A DNA stretch of 64,000 bases from Chlamydiota bacterium (GCA_022601345.1 JAJACU010000010.1:21758-85757), one strand, 5' to 3'. Positions 35,853 to 46,573 are shown, counted from the first letter of the stretch. Notes: generated by a model from the sequence alone, not told the origin. Program-made: numbers and translations.

Positions 35853-36923
35853 CTAAAAAGGCCCTGTAAATGATTTGTCTGGAACATCTAAATATTTTTT
35901 TTGTCTATCTAAAATCATCTGCTTTAAGTCTACTTTTTTACCAAGTAGCTTTTTCACTGAATAAACAATGTCATTGCTATTAGGATAATAGTGATTTGTT
36001 AATGCCCAACTAGTTGGAGCATAGCTATCTGGAAGGGTTATTCGAATTGGAGGGCATTTCAAGTCATCAAATGCTTGCTCTACAACTATTGTTATTATCT
36101 CTGAGGCAAGCCCCAATGTCTTCCAGCTCATATCAGCTACAACCAGCCGCCCAGTTTTTCTAACTGACTTAAGTATCGTTTCAGTATCTAGAGGTTTTAT
36201 TGTCCTTAAGTCTATGAGCTCAGCTCTCACACCACTTGCTCTCAGCTCTTTCACAGCCTTCAAAGCCTCAATGGTCATATAAGATGAAGATACAATTGTA
36301 ACGTCTTCTCCCTCTTCAAGAACTTTAGCTTTACCTAGTGGTACCAAGTAATTTTCAGAAGGCACTTCATCAACAATGTTGTATAACCACCGGTGTTCAA
36401 TAAAAATTACAGGGTTAGGATCAGCTATTGATGAGTTTAAAAGCCCCTTTGCATCATATGCAGTAGTAGGCATTACCACTTTTAATCCCGGGAAATGTGC
36501 AAACATTGCATGAAGATTTTGTGAATGCTGCGGTCCTTGTCCCCAGCCCATTCCAACAATTAAACGAATAACCATAGGAACTTGCATTATACCATTAAAC
36601 ATATAATGCCATTTTGCAGCGCTGTTTACTATTTGATCCATGGCCAACAATGCAAAATCAACTCGTTGATGAGTCATCACAGGTTTCATTCCCATAATAG
36701 CGCTTCCCACTGCAATGCCTGTCATTCCATTCTCAGAAGTTGGCATATCCATAACTCGATTAGAGCCATGTTTTTTATGTAAGTCAGTAGTTGTACCAAA
36801 AACACCTTTAGGGTCGGGAACTCCTAGCCCCATAACATATACACTTGAATCATTTTCTAAATTGAAATCTAGTGATTGCCTTATGGCTTCTGCAAAATTT
36901 ATTGTTTGTGTCTCTTTAGGCAT
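35853..36923 (-). CDS. TPP-dependent dehydrogenase E1 beta-like subunit
   Basis: DMPTSENGMTG, GPQHSQ, PVIFIEHRWLY, IDLRTIKPLD; ATG at 36923 overlaps the alpha-subunit stop region. Confidence 0.9.
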   Translation of the reverse strand: MPKETQTINFAEAIRQSLDFNLENDSSVYVMGLGVPDPKGVFGTTTDLHKKHGSNRVMDMPTSENGMTGIAVGSAIMGMKPVMTHQRVDFALLAMDQIVNSAAKWHYMFNGIMQVPMVIRLIVGMGWGQGPQHSQNLHAMFAHFPGLKVVMPTTAYDAKGLLNSSIADPNPVIFIEHRWLYNIVDEVPSENYLVPLGKAKVLEEGEDVTIVSSSYMTIEALKAVKELRASGVRAELIDLRTIKPLDTETILKSVRKTGRLVVADMSWKTLGLASEIITIVVEQAFDDLKCPPIRITLPDSYAPTSWALTNHYYPNSNDIVYSVKKLLGKKVDLKQMILDRQKKYLDVPDKSFTGPF

Positions 36924-37884
36924 AGATATGAGATTGCAGCTCCTGTTCTTCTGGAAATGGGCTTTCTTTAGCAAAAAGAAATGCCTCATCAATTTCTGTT
37001 TGGATTTTTAGCTCACTGTGGGCTAGTTCATCTTCTGAAAGTTGATTATTAGACAGTAGTAAATTTTTCAGTCTAAGAATAGGACATTTTAATTTCCAGC
37101 TATCGACTTCTTCTTGAGAGCGATACCCTAAGTTTACATCATAATTTGGACCACAATGCTCTCTATAGCGATAAGTTGTAAACTCTAGTAACCTAGGCCC
37201 CTTATTAGCACGTACATCATCTATTGCAGTTTGTGAAAAACTAGCGACTTCTTCTAGATTGTTTCCGTCTCCATGCATTGAAATAATGCCATGAGCTTCT
37301 GCAATCTTTGGAATGCTCCTCTCTTTAGGTTGACGAACTTCCATTGGGGAATAAACCGAATAAAAATTGCTCTCGCATAAAAAAAGTATAGGCAGTTTTT
37401 TTAAAGCTGCAAAATTGATAGCCTCAGAAAAGACCCCTTCCTCTGTCATTGCTTCGCCAAAAAAAATTACTGTGACTTTGTTATCGTTTTTCATTTGAGA
37501 TGCTAAGGCAACTCCGACAGCAAGAGGAAAAGATCCTCCTACAATTGGCGTTGAACCCACCATATTAGCTTGTGGGTCCACAAGGTGCATTGAGCCACCT
37601 TTACCACCGCAACATCCTGTTCTTTTTCCGTACAATTCTGCAATCATTTGTTTAAGGTCACCACCTTTGGCTAGGTAGTGAGCATGAGCCCGATGAGTAC
37701 TCATAATATAATCATTTTTTTGCAGCTGAGAGCAAACACCTACAGCAACAGCTTCCTGGCCGATGCTTAAATGAACCGGACAACGCATCTCTTGATTAGA
37801 GTATTCATCAGCTATAGCTTCTTCGATTCTGCGGATTCTAAGGCTTTGAAAAAAAAGAGCTTTTAGATCGTGTCTGAAATGCAT
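36916..37884 (-). CDS. TPP-dependent dehydrogenase E1 alpha-like subunit
   Basis: HLSIGQEA, STHRAHAH, GKGGSMH, TYRYREHCGP. Confidence 0.9.
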   Translation of the reverse strand: MHFRHDLKALFFQSLRIRRIEEAIADEYSNQEMRCPVHLSIGQEAVAVGVCSQLQKNDYIMSTHRAHAHYLAKGGDLKQMIAELYGKRTGCCGGKGGSMHLVDPQANMVGSTPIVGGSFPLAVGVALASQMKNDNKVTVIFFGEAMTEEGVFSEAINFAALKKLPILFLCESNFYSVYSPMEVRQPKERSIPKIAEAHGIISMHGDGNNLEEVASFSQTAIDDVRANKGPRLLEFTTYRYREHCGPNYDVNLGYRSQEEVDSWKLKCPILRLKNLLLSNNQLSEDELAHSELKIQTEIDEAFLFAKESPFPEEQELQSHIYA

Positions 37885-37893
37885 ATATATTAC

Positions 37894-39423
37894 TTATTTA
37901 AGAAGAGTAGTAATGTATTTTAGGAATGGTATTTTTTCAATACATTTTTTATTACCAACAATTTGCACATCAAGGGCTGCAGCTACGGACCCTAAAAAAG
38001 CGGCGACATCCGCTTCTTGGCCACAAGCTAAACTTAATGCAGAAAGAGCAAGGTAGCTATCTCCAGCTCCAACCCTGTCAATCACCTTTTGTGTAAGAGC
38101 AGGCACTTGTTTTACGCCATTTTGTCTATCATAAATAGACACACCCTCTACCCCTTGAGTGACACTAACATTTTTGCAGCCAAGCTTGCTACTTACTTTT
38201 TGCATAAGAGTCTCTAACTTACTCTCTAAATCATGTGCTGTTAGACGAAGCTCAGGCTCATTAACAGAAATGTAGTCTGCACGATTATACTTTGTCACAA
38301 CATGATAACCTCTATTTCCACTATTAATTTGTGTATTGATAGCCAAAAATCCAGACATCTCTGAAATTGCATTGTTTAGTTTTGAGTTAATAAAACCATT
38401 GCCAAAATCAGCAACAACTACAAGGTCATAGTTTTCTTTGTTCTTTTCTAAAAACTGCTTTATTTGTTGAGTGTGATTCTCATTAAGAAGGTCTTCATTT
38501 GAAGAGTAGGTCTCAAATAATTTGGTTAAAAACACTCCATCTTTTTGGACATAGCGCTTTTTGATTAAGGTTTTGATGCCTAATAGCTCTACAAATTGCC
38601 TTTGAACATTTGAGTTGAGACCCACATCTAAATTTACATCTTTTGGGTGTGATCCAACAGCGGTGAGCAAAGTAACATTAGAGGAAAAATCTGCGATGTG
38701 ATTTGCAATAGCAAATGCCCCTCCTAAAAATGATTCACTATAATTTTCTTTTGCAACCAGATGAGTTCCCTTACCCGACACACCCATAGGGGATACATAA
38801 GCATATTGATCTATAATAGCATCACCAATAACTAGCACTTTTAAATCTTTAAACCGATCTACAAAATCCACAATTGATGAATAATTATGTTTTTGTTTGA
38901 AGCTTTTAATGAAATGCTGAAACTGGGTAGATCTATCACCAAAAAAAGAATTTAAAAGTTTTGAAGAGCTAAATACGACATCATCTGTGTAAATAATTTC
39001 ACCACCAACACCCTCTATAGCATCAACTTCTTCTTTTATTTTCCCTGTAACGTCGTTTTCAATATTTTTATACTCGATCCCTTTGACATAGTAATTAGGC
39101 TTTAACTCCTCAATAACTTTAATTCCATCGGGGTTGTTATTTAAAACAACAAAGTCGACATCGCCAATGGCCGCTATGGAGTCCATTCTAAGGTCTTGAT
39201 CAAAAACAGGTCGATCGGGTCCTTTATTAACAAATTTGTTGGCAGTGACAGCTACAACAAGGATATCACCTTGCTCTTTTGCACGTTGAAAATGTTTAAT
39301 ATGCCCTGGGTGCACTAAATCAAAAACTCCAAGACAAAGTACAACCCTCTTTCCTAGCTTTTTCTCTTGTAAAAGCTCTTCTTTAAGAAGATCAATCTCA
39401 ATTTTTTTTTCTAAGGTTTTCAT
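37894..39423 (-). CDS. Bifunctional nucleotidyltransferase / PfkB kinase, HldE(RfaE)-like with reversed domain order
   Basis: N-terminal GVFDLVHPGH; C-terminal VIGDAIIDQY, DFGNG, DRVGAGD. ATGA overlap with gmhA. Confidence 0.85.
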   Translation of the reverse strand: MKTLEKKIEIDLLKEELLQEKKLGKRVVLCLGVFDLVHPGHIKHFQRAKEQGDILVVAVTANKFVNKGPDRPVFDQDLRMDSIAAIGDVDFVVLNNNPDGIKVIEELKPNYYVKGIEYKNIENDVTGKIKEEVDAIEGVGGEIIYTDDVVFSSSKLLNSFFGDRSTQFQHFIKSFKQKHNYSSIVDFVDRFKDLKVLVIGDAIIDQYAYVSPMGVSGKGTHLVAKENYSESFLGGAFAIANHIADFSSNVTLLTAVGSHPKDVNLDVGLNSNVQRQFVELLGIKTLIKKRYVQKDGVFLTKLFETYSSNEDLLNENHTQQIKQFLEKNKENYDLVVVADFGNGFINSKLNNAISEMSGFLAINTQINSGNRGYHVVTKYNRADYISVNEPELRLTAHDLESKLETLMQKVSSKLGCKNVSVTQGVEGVSIYDRQNGVKQVPALTQKVIDRVGAGDSYLALSALSLACGQEADVAAFLGSVAAALDVQIVGNKKCIEKIPFLKYITTLLK

Positions 39424-40025
39424 CCTTGAGAAACCTCCGCTGTTTGAGATTGCTGCATAGTGATTTTCTGTGCCCATGCATCTATAAACGTATGCAGAAT
39501 AAAAAAATGGGCAGACTCTACAAGACCATAGTCGTCAATTCCAGTCCAAATATTGAGGTCTCCAGCTGATCTTAGCGGATTATCCTCTTTGAAACCGCTT
39601 AGAGTAACCACTACACCACTTTTTTGTTTCATAACTTTGCACGCTTCTAAAATATTTTGGGATTGGCCTGAACTACTTATAGCAATAAGAATATCACCTT
39701 GATGGGCTAAATTCTCTAGTGGCTTTGAAAAAATCAAAGGATATCCATAGTCATTGCCCATGCATGTAATTAAATTGCTATCTGAGAGGGCAAAGGCTGG
39801 CGCTTTAACAACATTGACTAAATCTACAACATGATGTGAAGCAATCCCAGAGCTTCCTCCATTTCCAACTACAAAGATTTTTCTTTTAAGGCGAATCGAC
39901 TCTGATAAAATTCCATGAATTTTCTCCTGAGCCTGCCAAAATAAGATGTCTTTTTTTTTCGTAGAAAAAACAGTTTTCTCAATAAGACTTGAAAACTCAG
40001 AAAGTCTTTTTAATAAAAATGACAT
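39420..40025 (-). CDS. gmhA: Phosphoheptose isomerase (SIS domain)
   Basis: GNGGSSGIASH, GNDYGY, AISSSGQSQNI, VESAH. Confidence 0.8.
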   Translation of the reverse strand: MSFLLKRLSEFSSLIEKTVFSTKKKDILFWQAQEKIHGILSESIRLKRKIFVVGNGGSSGIASHHVVDLVNVVKAPAFALSDSNLITCMGNDYGYPLIFSKPLENLAHQGDILIAISSSGQSQNILEACKVMKQKSGVVVTLSGFKEDNPLRSAGDLNIWTGIDDYGLVESAHFFILHTFIDAWAQKITMQQSQTAEVSQG

Positions 40026-41012
40026 CTAACCCTCTAAATATTGAAACCAACTTTCAGTTGCTTTTTTGATGTTTTTTGGTTCCCAAAGAGGAGCTTTTTT
40101 CCAGTAATCAATATGATTAAGGATCTGTTGCACACCCTCTTCAAAAGAAACTTTAGGCTGCCAGTTTAGCTGGTTCTTTATTTTTTGAGTATCCGCAAAA
40201 GTGCACTCTGGCTCTCCGGGTCTCTTAGGAATGTGAACTTTATCCCCTTGTAGCAACTGGATCAAACGATTTACGCTATAATGCCCGCCACTACCCACAT
40301 TAAAGACACCAAACTTAATTTCAGCCTCTGCTGCTCGATAAAATGCTCTAGCAACATCTGTTACATAAGTAAAGTCACGTGTTTGCGTTCCATCTCCAAC
40401 AACCGTGTAGGGTTTACCGTGAATTTTTTGTGCTAAAAACACTCCAAAAACTGCACCATAAGTTCCACTAGTTCTAGATCTCGGGCCATAAACGTTAAAC
40501 AACCTCAGTGAAACCACGGGAAGATTGTATACTTGATGCCAGTGCACAGCTAGCTGCTCTCCTAAATATTTAGTCAAAGCATACGGATATTGTGGCAAGG
40601 CTGGTGCTGATTCAGGTGTTGGAAATTGAGTGGCAAGTCCATAGCATGAAGATGAAGCTGTATATACAAACCTCTTAACCTTTGATTGCTTAGAAGCTTG
40701 GAGCACATTAAAAGTGCCCGTTACATTTGTGTCATAGTAATCTTTAGGGTTTTCAATTGAAGGAACAATATCAGCTAGGGCTGCTAAATGAAACACCCAG
40801 TCTATGTTTTTAAAATGAGGAGACAGCTCTTCTTTATTTCTAATATCGGCTTTAACAAAACAAAAATTAGGATTTTGCTCAAACTCTTCTATGTTCTGCA
40901 GGCTTCCACCCACTAGATTATCTAGTGCAAGAACATGATGCCCCTCTTTGAGCAAAAGTTCAACGAGGTGACTGCCAATAAAACCTGCTCCACCTGTAAC
41001 TAAACATCTCAT
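40026..41012 (-). CDS. NAD-dependent epimerase/dehydratase
   Basis: GGAGFIG, ASSSCYG, YALTK, FNVYGPR. Confidence 0.9.
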   Translation of the reverse strand: MRCLVTGGAGFIGSHLVELLLKEGHHVLALDNLVGGSLQNIEEFEQNPNFCFVKADIRNKEELSPHFKNIDWVFHLAALADIVPSIENPKDYYDTNVTGTFNVLQASKQSKVKRFVYTASSSCYGLATQFPTPESAPALPQYPYALTKYLGEQLAVHWHQVYNLPVVSLRLFNVYGPRSRTSGTYGAVFGVFLAQKIHGKPYTVVGDGTQTRDFTYVTDVARAFYRAAEAEIKFGVFNVGSGGHYSVNRLIQLLQGDKVHIPKRPGEPECTFADTQKIKNQLNWQPKVSFEEGVQQILNHIDYWKKAPLWEPKNIKKATESWFQYLEG

Positions 41013-42001
41013 CGCAACTCTATTTCTTTCATAGTTTTAATATTGGAGTATTTTATATCGGTTAATGAGTTAGGAAGCAAATCTTTTCTAAATGCCATAA
41101 CAAGCTCTTCAACTGCATCTTCTACAGTATATTTTGGGACAAAGCCTAACTCGTCTTTAATTTTTTGAGATGAGACGTGATACGAGCGATTATCATTTGT
41201 ATCCTCTTGAACAAGAGACACCTCTTTTTCTTTCTCTACTAGCTTTTTAACCATTTCACCTAGACTTTTAACCGAATGGTTTTCATAACCGATATTATAA
41301 ATTTTTCCCTGAACTTTATCCTCAGGGCACTTAAGCACGTGAAGATACGCTCTGATCATATCCTTGATATGAATATTTGGCCTTAACTGGTCTCCACCCA
41401 TAATTTTAATTTTTCCGGTATTGTAGGCTAAATTGGTTAAAATATTTACAATAACGTCTAAACGCTGACGCGTTGAAAAACCACAAACAGTAGCAGGCCT
41501 TAAAATTGTTCCAATAAAGTTTTCATCAATATGTTTTAGTAAAATCTTTTCACATTCTGCTTTAAATTTTGAGTAGTCCGTTAATGGTTCTAATTCCATG
41601 TCTTCAACTACATTTGGAACATCTTTTACTCCATATACAGATGAGGAAGATGCGTAGATAAAGCGTTTAATTCCAGCTTCCTTACTCATTAGGACAAATG
41701 GTTCAAAAGAATCTAAGTTAATTGACTTTCCAAGCTCTGGATTGAGTTCAAAGCTAGGATCATTAGAAATGCAAGCAAGATGAATAACAGAGTCGCAGCC
41801 CTTAAGAGCTTCTTTAACAACTGTCGAATCTCTCATATCTCCTTTTATTTCTTTTAAATTTGGATGCGCCTTTACAGAGTTAAGCACGTCATCTCCGTAC
41901 ATATATAGATCTAATACTGTTACCTTGTAACCTTGCACAAGCAATTCAGGAACTAGTTGAGCTCCTACATATCCAGCTCCGCCTACAACTAACACTCTCA
42001 T
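41009..42001 (-). CDS. NAD-dependent epimerase/dehydratase
   Basis: GGAGYVG, HLACISNDPS, YSKFK, RPATVCG. Confidence 0.9.
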   Translation of the reverse strand: MRVLVVGGAGYVGAQLVPELLVQGYKVTVLDLYMYGDDVLNSVKAHPNLKEIKGDMRDSTVVKEALKGCDSVIHLACISNDPSFELNPELGKSINLDSFEPFVLMSKEAGIKRFIYASSSSVYGVKDVPNVVEDMELEPLTDYSKFKAECEKILLKHIDENFIGTILRPATVCGFSTRQRLDVIVNILTNLAYNTGKIKIMGGDQLRPNIHIKDMIRAYLHVLKCPEDKVQGKIYNIGYENHSVKSLGEMVKKLVEKEKEVSLVQEDTNDNRSYHVSSQKIKDELGFVPKYTVEDAVEELVMAFRKDLLPNSLTDIKYSNIKTMKEIELR

Positions 42002-42023
42002 ATTTTCTCCTTTTATATTTGTA

Positions 42024-43007
42024 CTAAGTTACTTTTGAAAAAAGTTTATCTTCTCTTGCCATTTCTAGAACTTCCATGACTCTTAAACCTTCGAGTCCAC
42101 TACTTATCGGTTGCGTGCGACTCTTACAGCACTCTAAAAAATGTCGACACTCTTCTTTTAGAGGTTCTTTAGGATCTACAGAGATGCATTTACTTTCTTG
42201 AGCAATGAACTTGATATTCGCTTCGTCTGTATTAATTTGATTATTCCAAAGAGTGATTTTTTTATCCCAGTCTTGCAGGTCATCAAAAACAACCATAGCT
42301 TTAGTGCCCATTATGGAAAACTTTCTCTCTGCATAGGGGTAAGACCAGCCAACTTGAATATCAGCGCTCAAATTATCAGAGAATTCAAAGTGCAGCCAAC
42401 TTTGATCAACAAATTTTTCAGAGAAAAAACTTTTATGGCGCGAAGTAAACTCATTAATTTCTCTTCCTGAGACCAAAGAGAGCAAAATAGAAATATCATG
42501 AGGAGCAAACGCCCAAAGAGCGCTATCTTCAGCTCCCACAGAACCAAAATTTAACCTGCTAAATGAGCAGTGATAAATATCCCCAAGTTCTCCTTGAAGA
42601 GCCATATCTTTTACTTTTGCTACTGCTGGGTGATAGTGAAGAAGATGACCTACCATCAATATACAATTATTTTTTTCTGCTAGCTCTACCAATTCGCGAG
42701 CTTGTTGAAGTGAAGAGCACATTGCTTTTTCTACAAAAACATCTTTTCCGGCAATTAATGCTTCTTTAGCTAGTGAGTAGTGAAAAAATGTTGGGACTGC
42801 AATAACAACTTTTTTTATTTCAGAGCTACTTAAGATGTCTTGAAAATCTTTGGCAATCTCAGTGCCTGGAAACTTTTCCTGATACTCTAAAAGTCTATCT
42901 TGATGGTGATCACAGATAGTATGCAATGACCCCAACTCAAAATAATTTCTAGCTAAATTCTTTCCCCAATATCCAATTCCAACTACTGCTACATCTCTTT
43001 TATTCAT
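42024..43007 (-). CDS. Gfo/Idh/MocA oxidoreductase, WbpB/WlbA-like
   Basis: GIGYWGKNLARN, DVFVEK, MVGHLLHYHPA, FAPHDIS. Confidence 0.85.
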   Translation of the reverse strand: MNKRDVAVVGIGYWGKNLARNYFELGSLHTICDHHQDRLLEYQEKFPGTEIAKDFQDILSSSEIKKVVIAVPTFFHYSLAKEALIAGKDVFVEKAMCSSLQQARELVELAEKNNCILMVGHLLHYHPAVAKVKDMALQGELGDIYHCSFSRLNFGSVGAEDSALWAFAPHDISILLSLVSGREINEFTSRHKSFFSEKFVDQSWLHFEFSDNLSADIQVGWSYPYAERKFSIMGTKAMVVFDDLQDWDKKITLWNNQINTDEANIKFIAQESKCISVDPKEPLKEECRHFLECCKSRTQPISSGLEGLRVMEVLEMAREDKLFSKVT

Positions 43008-43010
43008 TAT

Positions 43011-44111
43011 CTAGATCTTTTGTAAAACTGCATCATTAAGAACTTTAATTATTTTATTTTGATCGTCTTCAGTTAGAAAAGGGTGCATAGGAATACTAAA
43101 AACTTCATCTGCTACAAGCTCAGAGTTAGGAAAGCTGCCTCTTTCATACCCCAAATCTGCATAGGCAGGCTGAAGGTGAATGCACTTAGGATAATAAATA
43201 GCTGAAGGGATTTTGTTTTCCTGAAGTTGACTGACGATTGCATCTCTTTCTTTTGATCGTAAGACGTATTGAGCAAAAGCATGTGTGTTTCCGGAGACGA
43301 TTTTAGGAGTAATAAAATTTTCTTTTAATCTTTCGTTGAAAAAGCTACCTATTTCAAACCGCCTAGAAATTTCTTCTTGAAAATGAGGAAACTTTGCCAA
43401 TAAGATTGCCGCTTGAAGAGTGTCTAGCCTTGCATTTTGTCCAATATACTGGTGGCTATAACGCTTAGAAGCACCGTGAACTCTTATAGCCTTCATTTTT
43501 TCTGCTAAATCATCTCGGTTGGTAAAGATTGCTCCACCATCACCATAGCAGCCTAAAGGCTTTGTAGGGAAAAAACTTGTAGTTCCAATTGTTGCCATAG
43601 AGCAGCTTTTCTTACCGTTTTGCTCTGATCCGAAACTCTGAGCTCCATCTTCGATAACCGCAATATTCTGAGACTTGGCAAGCTCCATAATCCTTTTGAA
43701 ATCTGGCATTTGGCCATAAAGGCTCACAGGAATAATTGCTTTAGTTTGCGGGGTGATAGCTTTCTCAAGTTGATCGAGATCCATTAGGTATGTCTCTGGA
43801 TCAATATCTACAAGCACTGGTTTAGCTTTCAACCTTTTGACGCATTCAACAGGGCTAATCCATGTAAATGGAACACAGATAACTTCATCTCCTGGCCCAA
43901 TATCTAAGGATTTAAGTGCTAATAGAAGAGCGTCTGTTCCGCTCGAGACCCCAATGCAATGCTTAACTCCAACATATGCCTTGAGTTCGCTTTCAAGCTC
44001 ATCAATAGCCCGCCCCATGATATACTGGCCACTTTCAAGCACCGATCGAATAGCTTGGTCAATCTCTTCTTGGTACTGTTTATATTGGTAAGTTAAATTA
44101 ATTAGTTCCAT
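43011..44111 (-). CDS. DegT/DnrJ aminotransferase, WbpE/WlbC-like
   Basis: IEDGAQSFG, SFFPTKPLGCYGDGG, NARLDTLQAA. Confidence 0.9.
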   Translation of the reverse strand: MELINLTYQYKQYQEEIDQAIRSVLESGQYIMGRAIDELESELKAYVGVKHCIGVSSGTDALLLALKSLDIGPGDEVICVPFTWISPVECVKRLKAKPVLVDIDPETYLMDLDQLEKAITPQTKAIIPVSLYGQMPDFKRIMELAKSQNIAVIEDGAQSFGSEQNGKKSCSMATIGTTSFFPTKPLGCYGDGGAIFTNRDDLAEKMKAIRVHGASKRYSHQYIGQNARLDTLQAAILLAKFPHFQEEISRRFEIGSFFNERLKENFITPKIVSGNTHAFAQYVLRSKERDAIVSQLQENKIPSAIYYPKCIHLQPAYADLGYERGSFPNSELVADEVFSIPMHPFLTEDDQNKIIKVLNDAVLQKI

Positions 44112-44331
44112 AAATCTCTCTTTTTCAGAAGGGGTATGCTGAAGGGGCTTGATTAAAACGGTTAACTTTAAGCGTCATATCACAAATAAATCCAGAAAAA
44201 AAATCTGGTGACCTTCGCATCTATAGTTAGATAAACGATGCAGGCATTATAATCTAATTTTATTTTGCTATAAATGAAAAAATAATCATAATGCTGCCAT
44301 CAGTTTATATAGTAACCCAAGGGACCCCAAA

Positions 44332-45510
44332 ATGCGCGTGCCATTTTCTTATTTAGAAAGACAGTTCAAGCAATCTGAAAATCTCGAAGAAAAAAAAGAG
44401 CTCGCAGACACTATTATAGATGATATTAGAGACTTTCTAAAAACTTCTGAATTTACACTTGGAAGTAAAGTCGAAGCTTTTGAGAAAAAATTTGCAGCAT
44501 TTATAGGTGTCAAACATGCAATTGGAGTAGGTTCAGGAACGGATGCACTTATCTTGTCACTTAGAGCTCTCGGCATTGGAGCTGGAGATGAAGTGATTAC
44601 ATGCGCTGAAACTTTTATAGCAACAGCTGGCGCTATTGCCGGAGTTGGGGCAACCCCTGTGTTTGTAGATGTAAACGATGAGTTTACTATTGATGAGAAC
44701 TTAATAGAAGGCGCAATCACAGAAAAGACAAAAGCAATTATGCCCATTTTTTTTACTGGGAACTGCCCAAATATGGACGCTATTTTAGACATTGCACATA
44801 AACATAAGTTGCATGTTGTAGAAGATTCTTGCTGCGGAATTGATGCACGCATAAAAGACAAAAAAGCAGGGTCGATGGGCATTACTGGAACGTTTAGTTT
44901 TCACCCTCTTAAAAACTTAAATGTCTGGTCTGATGGAGGAATGGTAACAACAAATTCTGATGATGTAGCTCACAAACTTAAGCTTCTTAGAAACCACGGT
45001 CTAGCTAACCGAGACGAAGTAGAATGCTTTGGATATAACTCTAGACTTGATGCACTCCAAGCAGTTGTCGCTCTTCGTATGATTGATGATGTAACAGAAG
45101 TTACAAACCAACGTATTGCTAATGCTAAGCGCCTTGATGAGGCTTTTAAAGACTTGTCAGACTTTATTGAAATCCCCTATCGCAACCCTGACTATAGAAA
45201 TGTATTTCACCTCTATATGCTTCGTGTGAAAAAACGTGATGAACTTCTTGAATACTGCCATCAACATGAAATAGAAGCAAAAGTTCACTACCCGATCGAA
45301 TTGCCCTATCAAAATTGCTGTAAACATTTAGGTTATAAAAAAGGTGATTTTCCAAAAGCAGAAAGAGATCGCGACAGTATTATTACGCTACCTTGCCATC
45401 AATGCCTAACTGAGGCAGAGATAAACCATATGATTGAGACTATACGGAGTTTTTATATAAATGAGCACAGTGCCTTATGTGGACTTAGTTCTACAGCATC
45501 AGACCATTAA
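44332..45510 (+). CDS. DegT/DnrJ aminotransferase
   Basis: GSGTDAL, SFHPLKNLNVWSDGG, YNSRLD. Confidence 0.9.
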   Translation: MRVPFSYLERQFKQSENLEEKKELADTIIDDIRDFLKTSEFTLGSKVEAFEKKFAAFIGVKHAIGVGSGTDALILSLRALGIGAGDEVITCAETFIATAGAIAGVGATPVFVDVNDEFTIDENLIEGAITEKTKAIMPIFFTGNCPNMDAILDIAHKHKLHVVEDSCCGIDARIKDKKAGSMGITGTFSFHPLKNLNVWSDGGMVTTNSDDVAHKLKLLRNHGLANRDEVECFGYNSRLDALQAVVALRMIDDVTEVTNQRIANAKRLDEAFKDLSDFIEIPYRNPDYRNVFHLYMLRVKKRDELLEYCHQHEIEAKVHYPIELPYQNCCKHLGYKKGDFPKAERDRDSIITLPCHQCLTEAEINHMIETIRSFYINEHSALCGLSSTASDH

Positions 45511-46573
45511 AGATGATATTTTAAAAGCTATTGATAAAATCTTATCTAATGGAGATTTTATTTTAGGGCATGAAGTTAGTGTCTTTGAAGAACAACTGGC
45601 AAAATATTGTGGAACGCGTTTTGCTCTTGGTGTAAATTCTGGAACTGATGCTCTTTTTTTAGCATTAAAAGCCTATGATATTGGAGAGGGTGATGAAGTA
45701 ATTATTCCACCCAACTCATTTTTAGCTACAGCTTCAGCTGTCATTGCAGCGCGTGCTAAACCCGTCTACGTAGATATTCGCTCGGATTTAAACATTGACC
45801 CAAGTCTTATTGAAGAAAAAATTACAAAACGAACTAAGGCAATTATCCCTGTTCATTTAACAGGTAAAGCTGCCGACATGGCCCCTATTTTGAAGATTGC
45901 CAAAAAGCATCGCTTAAAGGTTTTTGAAGATGCAGCTCAAGCTATTGGAGCAGAATACAAAGGGCAAAAGGTTGGCTCTTTTGGCCATGTAGGATGCTTT
46001 AGTATGCACCCACTAAAAACTCTAAATGCTTGTGGTGACGGCGGAGCCATCACACTTAACGATGAAAAAATCTACAACAAGCTTAAGCAATTAAGAAATA
46101 TCGGGCTCAAAAACCGAAATGAGTCTGAGATCTGGGGCTACAACTCTAGACTTGATACTATTCAAGCTGCCATTTTAAACATTAAACTAAAATATTTAGA
46201 TAGCTGGAATGATAAGCGCCGATTTCTCGCTGAAATTTATTCACAAGGATTAAAAGATATTGTAGCTGTTCCTTATGAAAATAAATATGAGTGCCAGGTC
46301 TACCATACTTTTGTGATTCAAACGCCGTACAGAGATGAGCTACAAAAATATTTAGAGAGTCATCAAATAGGTTCTAAAATTCACTATCCGATTCCTATTC
46401 ACATGCAACCTGCAGCCAAACGTTTCGGGTATGCTTTTGGCCACTTCCCAGTTACTGAACAATCCGTTCAGGAAGTTTTAAGTCTTCCAATTCATCAAGA
46501 TTTAGAACCCGAGCAAGTCAAGCATGTCATTGAAAAAATTCATGTTTTTTTTAAAAATAAAGATCGACTATGA
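45461..46573 (+). CDS. DegT/DnrJ aminotransferase
   Basis: NSGTDAL, EDAAQA, SMHPLKTLNACGDGG. Confidence 0.9.
   Translation: MSTVPYVDLVLQHQTIKDDILKAIDKILSNGDFILGHEVSVFEEQLAKYCGTRFALGVNSGTDALFLALKAYDIGEGDEVIIPPNSFLATASAVIAARAKPVYVDIRSDLNIDPSLIEEKITKRTKAIIPVHLTGKAADMAPILKIAKKHRLKVFEDAAQAIGAEYKGQKVGSFGHVGCFSMHPLKTLNACGDGGAITLNDEKIYNKLKQLRNIGLKNRNESEIWGYNSRLDTIQAAILNIKLKYLDSWNDKRRFLAEIYSQGLKDIVAVPYENKYECQVYHTFVIQTPYRDELQKYLESHQIGSKIHYPIPIHMQPAAKRFGYAFGHFPVTEQSVQEVLSLPIHQDLEPEQVKHVIEKIHVFFKNKDRL

Noticed and set aside
35853-37884. Housekeeping pyruvate dehydrogenase pdhAB
   Set aside because: No E2/E3, embedded in a sugar operon, and a variant TPP motif (GEA for GDG).
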